From Alphaproteobacteria bacterium (GTDB taxonomy: Bacteria > Pseudomonadota > Alphaproteobacteria > Rhodobacterales > Rhodobacteraceae), in contig JBAXXO010000001.1 of the NCBI GenBank assembly GCA_037127855.1, forward strand, positions 1 through 48,978: a stretch of 48,978 bases of DNA, read 5' to 3'. Made by a program: the position numbers and the translations under genes. Shown here in pieces: positions 45,581 to 48,978 of this stretch (the first letter of the stretch is position 1; every line of letters begins with the position of its first letter). Below the pieces are notes generated by a model. That model was not told the DNA's origin and did no database searches. It saw only the letters and a program-made list of their open reading frames with translations.

Positions 45581-45595
45581 GTTCTATGTCTGTTC
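45581..45595. promoter_or_regulatory. Putative alphaproteobacterial LexA (SOS) box overlapping the start of the first satellite-like gene
   Basis: GTTC-TATGTCT-GTTC (GTTC-N7-GTTC). Confidence 0.55.
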
Positions 45596-45945
45596 ACACT
45601 ACCAACGCGGACACCGGCGCGCTGGCGGGCGCAACCGGTGCTGATCTGCGTTTGGTAGACTTTGTGGCGGCACAAACAACCGCAACCGGGCTCAGGCCGC
45701 AACAGCATTGTGCCTGGCAATCGGCGAAAATAACCCCGGCGACGCCTGCGAAATCATGCAGGCGGCGTTTCTGGACCTTGGGGCCGGTTCGCAGATCCCG
45801 CCTTTGTTCGGCGTCATGGACGCGGCAACTGATTGGGCCGAGTGGTCATCGACCGCCGAACTGAATGCCTATGCGCTGGACTGGTGTAACCGTGCGCCCT
45901 GCGGATCGCACCGCCTTTCTGACCTATGTCGATAGGGTGGCGTGA
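45586..45945 (+). pseudogene. Phage-satellite-type hypothetical protein, frameshifted
   Basis: NADTGALAGATGA.., then in other frames AIGENNPGDACEIMQAA..DAATDWAEWSSTAELNAYAL and ADRTAFL. Recalled from rhodobacteral satellite elements. Confidence 0.45.
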
Positions 45946-46129
45946 TGCACGATGGCGCATCTTGCGCTCTCGGCAAGGCTGACCCCAAGTCTGCAACGTC
46001 TGGCAGATGGCGCGTTGGCGACCGGGCCTATAGCCTGATCCATGACGTTGACGGCGAAACTGTTCGCATCGACGGGAAGGACATCTGGCTTAGCCCCGAT
46101 GAGAGTGGCCGGAACGGTTGCACGAATCC

Positions 46130-46554
46130 AATATCAAGCGGGATTGGTCGGCGTCATGCCGCGCCCTGTGCTTGAGGCACTTGATGCCCGTTCGCTGCGG
46201 CCCGCCTAGGCCGAACTTGTTGTCGATAAGGGCCTTTTGTCGGGGCCAAAGGCTGTTCGCCACGTTCTGGCTGGGAATGCGCTGACCCCAACAGAGTGGG
46301 CCGATCTGCCGCAGCAGATCAGGAATGGACGAGCCGTTTTGTTGGACAAAAAGACAGGAATTTTGATCTTCATGGTGGGGCCTGGCAGGCAAGGCAGCCA
46401 ACTGACTGTCGGCGTCCGATACTTCATGAAGAAAAGACAGCTTGGCGAACGGCAGACCAATGGCATCGTATCGGCCTTTGAGGTGCCGTTGACCGACATC
46501 GAGGGGCGGGTGAAGGGCGGGGAGCCGGAAATCGTATGGGGGAATTTGAAATGA
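46130..46554 (+). pseudogene. C-terminal fragment of a Mu gpF/SPP1 gp7-like head morphogenesis protein
   Basis: LVGVMP..VLEAL..*AELVV..GLLSGPKA.RH..AGNALT..EW..LP..RAVLLD..TG; in-frame TAG at 46207; sits upstream of a gpG-like gene as in Mu-like phages. Confidence 0.45.
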
Positions 46555-46645
46555 CGGAAGGCCGGGCGTCCCTTCACGCACCACCAATTTATGTCAGTGT
46601 GACGGATCCCGAGTTGCCGCCGTCGTCATGGGGAACATGATGGTC

Positions 46646-46965
46646 ATGATCACCATCGATATCAATGACGACCAGATTTCTGCCGCCCTGGCCAGTGCGC
46701 TGACCCAGTTGGACGAATTGTCGCCCGTGATGAACGAGATCGGCGCGCGTTTAGGGGGATACAACCGAGGAACGGTTCAAGACCGGAACAGGCCCGGATG
46801 GCACGGCTTGGGCTGAAAGATCGCCCGTCACGCTGGCACGGTACAAGAAGCTGGGCCTGAAGCCCGGAGCAAAACCGTTGACGTTGTCGGGTGGCATGTC
46901 GAATTCGGTAGTCGACTGTTACGGCCCGGACTTTGCGAAAGTCAGTTCGAATGCGATCCAGGCTG
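46646..46965 (+). pseudogene. Phage virion morphogenesis protein (Mu gpG-like), frameshifted and truncated
   Basis: MITIDIND..L..L.ELSPVMNEIG, frameshift, then TTEERFKTGTGPDGTAWA..SP.T..KPLTLSG.M..NAIQA. Confidence 0.7.
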
Positions 46966-47150
46966 GCCGCTATCCCATTGTGCATCTGACAGACACGCTG
47001 CCCATCGGATGCGGATCACATGTCCCGCGCAACTGGCCGCTAACCCGGCGTCACTGCCCACTGACGTTCTGATGGCAATCGCTGATCAGATGGCCCGCAT
47101 GTACGACCAAAGCGGCGCGTGCTTTGTCGCGGGCCTGCGCTGTCACCGCA
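46966..47150 (+). pseudogene. Head-tail connector (gp6-like) C-terminal fragment
   Basis: RIT..A...PASLPTDVLMAIADQMARMYDQ.G resembles the gp6-like C-terminal helix motif. Confidence 0.45.
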
Positions 47151-47169
47151 TACCGCGCGCGTCATGGCC

Positions 47170-47685
47170 CGCTACCGGAGGGCGCGTCTGTGAAATGGCC
47201 TCATTACCCCAACTTCCGAGCGCGGGCGGAACCGTGTGTGTGGCACCGTCGCGCCTTGAGCAATTCGCGGCGCGGGCCTTCTCGGCCAAGATCGGCGGGG
47301 CCAGTGATATGCATTTTTTGGCCCAACATGACTTTGCGCACTCGCTGGCCAGCCGATCCGCTGGCAAGCTGAAATTGCGTGACACCCCATGGGCCTTGGA
47401 ATTTGACGCGACCGAAACGGCAGACATGGCAGGCACCACATGGGCGCGTGACTTTATCGCAGCCAATGCGGCGGGCCTGATCAAGGGCCTGTCACAGGGC
47501 CTTCGCGTGGCACCGGGCGGCGACACGGTGAAGAGGCGCGGCGATGGCATTCTGCGCACCGTAAAGGCGGCCGACCTGATGGAGTTATCAGCGGTCACTG
47601 TCCCGGCCTATCCCATGGCGCAGATCAAGGCGCCCAACTGGCAGGCGCGGGCCTTTAACGAGCTTTGGCACGGTGGAGGTTACAG
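47170..47685 (+). pseudogene. HK97-type prohead protease, N-terminally truncated
   Basis: E.FA..AF, HFLAQHDF..SLASR.AG.L.L.D, GLS.G, L.ELSAVT.PAYP. Confidence 0.75.
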
Positions 47686-48813
47686 ATGCAAAGAAATGCT
47701 CAAACGCGAAAGCGGGCGTCCAGTTAAACCGCTGACCTGATGGCCCTGCGGTCCAGCTGCATCGGCGGATCATCCGGCAGTGCCGAACTGACTGCGACGG
47801 TGCAAGCCTGTGTGACGCTGTGGGAGGGCGCTCTGGCCCTGTTTGAAGCGAAGGGCAACCCCGAGACCTGGCGGATCGACGCACCATGGCCCTGCTGGCG
47901 CGCTCTCTGGCGCTGCGTGGTGAATCTGTGTTCCTGATCACTGACACGGGGCTGTTGCCTTATGCCGATTGGGACCTGTCAACCCGTGGCGGCATTCCGA
48001 GCGCTTACCGCCTGTCAGTGTCAGAGGCCAGCGGTCTCGTATCGCAAACCGCCTTGCCGGCGGAGGTGCTGCACTTTCGGATTGGGTCTGACCCGCCGAG
48101 ACCATGCGCCGGTCAATCGCCATTGCAGCAGGCACCATTGAGGGCAAGCCTGTTGAACGAGGTTGAATCGGCTTTGCGTGACGTGTACCGTGATGCCCCC
48201 ATCGGGTCGCAGATCGTGCCGTTGCCTGACAATGGCGGCGGCGCAGATTGGGCTGGGGCATTTCGTGGCTAGCGCGGCAAGACGCTTGTGATTGAGGGCA
48301 CGGCGCAAGCTATGGCGGCGGGGATGCACCGGCTGGCCAAAAAGTCCCCCCAGTCAACCTTCCCCCGATCTGTCGCGCGCAATGACGGCGGAGACGCCCG
48401 AGGCGGCGCGCTGGGCTATCTTTGCGGCCTTTGGCGTCCTGCCGGGTCTGTATGCCGTGGCATTGCAAGGGCCGCTTGTCCGTGAGGCGCAACGTCCTCT
48501 GGCCGGATGGGTGTTGCAACCGATCTGCGAATTGAACGCTGAGGAGGCATCGACCAATCTGGGCGGCAAGGTGGTGATCGACGTGGGCGGACCCTCGCAG
48601 GCATTCGATGCAGGCGGGCCGGTCAGGACACTGTCATCGCTGATCGAGGCCATGGGGCGGGCCACGGAATTGGGCCTGTCACCCGATCAGGTCAACATGG
48701 CGTTGCAAGTCGTCAACTGGAGCGGCGGTGACAATCTGATCCAAGGCATGGGGCAGAATGCGCATCGACGGAGTCATGGCCAAAGCATCACGATGAGACG
48801 GCGGGTGCGATAA
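47686..48813 (+). pseudogene. Phage portal protein, inactivated
   Basis: GGAGG RBS; AELTATVQACV.LWEG, ARSLALRGE.VF, EVLHFRIG, AFGVLP, GPLVREAQR, LQPI. In-frame stops at 47725 and 48270 plus frameshifts. Confidence 0.75.
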
Positions 48814-48978
48814 CACCGTCATGGCGCGGCTTTGACTCTTTTCAGGGCGCGGCGCAGCTGAAGACACCTGAAAAGCGGGCCGAGTCGAGGGGCCATGCCA
48901 TTCGTGACGCTGGCGTGGCCCTATAGCGTGTCTGGTTTTCATGGAAACAGGCCAATCGAAAAACGCGTTCGAGCCTTG

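Larger units (their letters stand above)
45586..48813 (+). mobile_element. Decayed mosaic prophage/phage-satellite remnant
   Basis: A run of frameshifted or stop-interrupted phage genes: head morphogenesis, virion morphogenesis, head-tail connector, prohead protease and portal. Confidence 0.75.

Noticed and set aside
45586-48813. Gene transfer agent (RcGTA) cluster
   Set aside because: Gene order and content (no terminase-portal-protease-capsid-tail run) and heavy pseudogenisation do not fit.

Overview
GC-rich alphaproteobacterial chromosome segment; gene content (serC leader, serC-serA-metallophosphoesterase, GTTC-N7-GTTC boxes) suggests Rhodobacterales. Left to right: (1) the end of an IS21-family element next to the 3' end of tRNA-Arg(CCT), then a LacI pseudogene and an IS5 scar; (2) a riboflavin module, ribD-ribE-ribA convergent on a ribH2-type gene, with an FMN riboswitch at each outer end, no ribB, and IS5-family remnants on both sides; (3) a DUF3300/DUF2950 pair; (4) a roughly 34-kb, mostly minus-strand catabolic cluster (7.8-41.5 kb). 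The cluster holds a COG0523 GTPase with a CxxC mini-protein, a PuuE/PgdA-like deacetylase, an old yellow enzyme, an amidase, a Pot-like ABC transporter with one degenerate ATPase, two SDRs, a double-HTH GntR coupled to a signal-less binding-protein paralog, PxpA/B/C-like genes interleaved with BCCP and biotin carboxylase, a caprolactamase-like CapBA pair with an AraC regulator, and a second hydantoinase/oxoprolinase pair downstream of acyl-CoA dehydrogenase, CoA-transferase and hot-dog hydratase genes, plus LysR, HCCA isomerase and MmgE/PrpD. (5) Core genes: metallophosphoesterase, serA, serC and the serC leader. (6) A decayed mosaic phage/satellite remnant preceded by two LexA-type boxes. A 52-bp palindromic repeat family whose ends coincide with stop codons occurs three times. 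The best candidate for an undescribed system is the lactam/cyclic-amide cluster, especially the split biotin-dependent carboxylase plus PxpA module and the cytoplasmic binding-protein/GntR pair. All family calls come from motif recognition and recall; no database searches were run.
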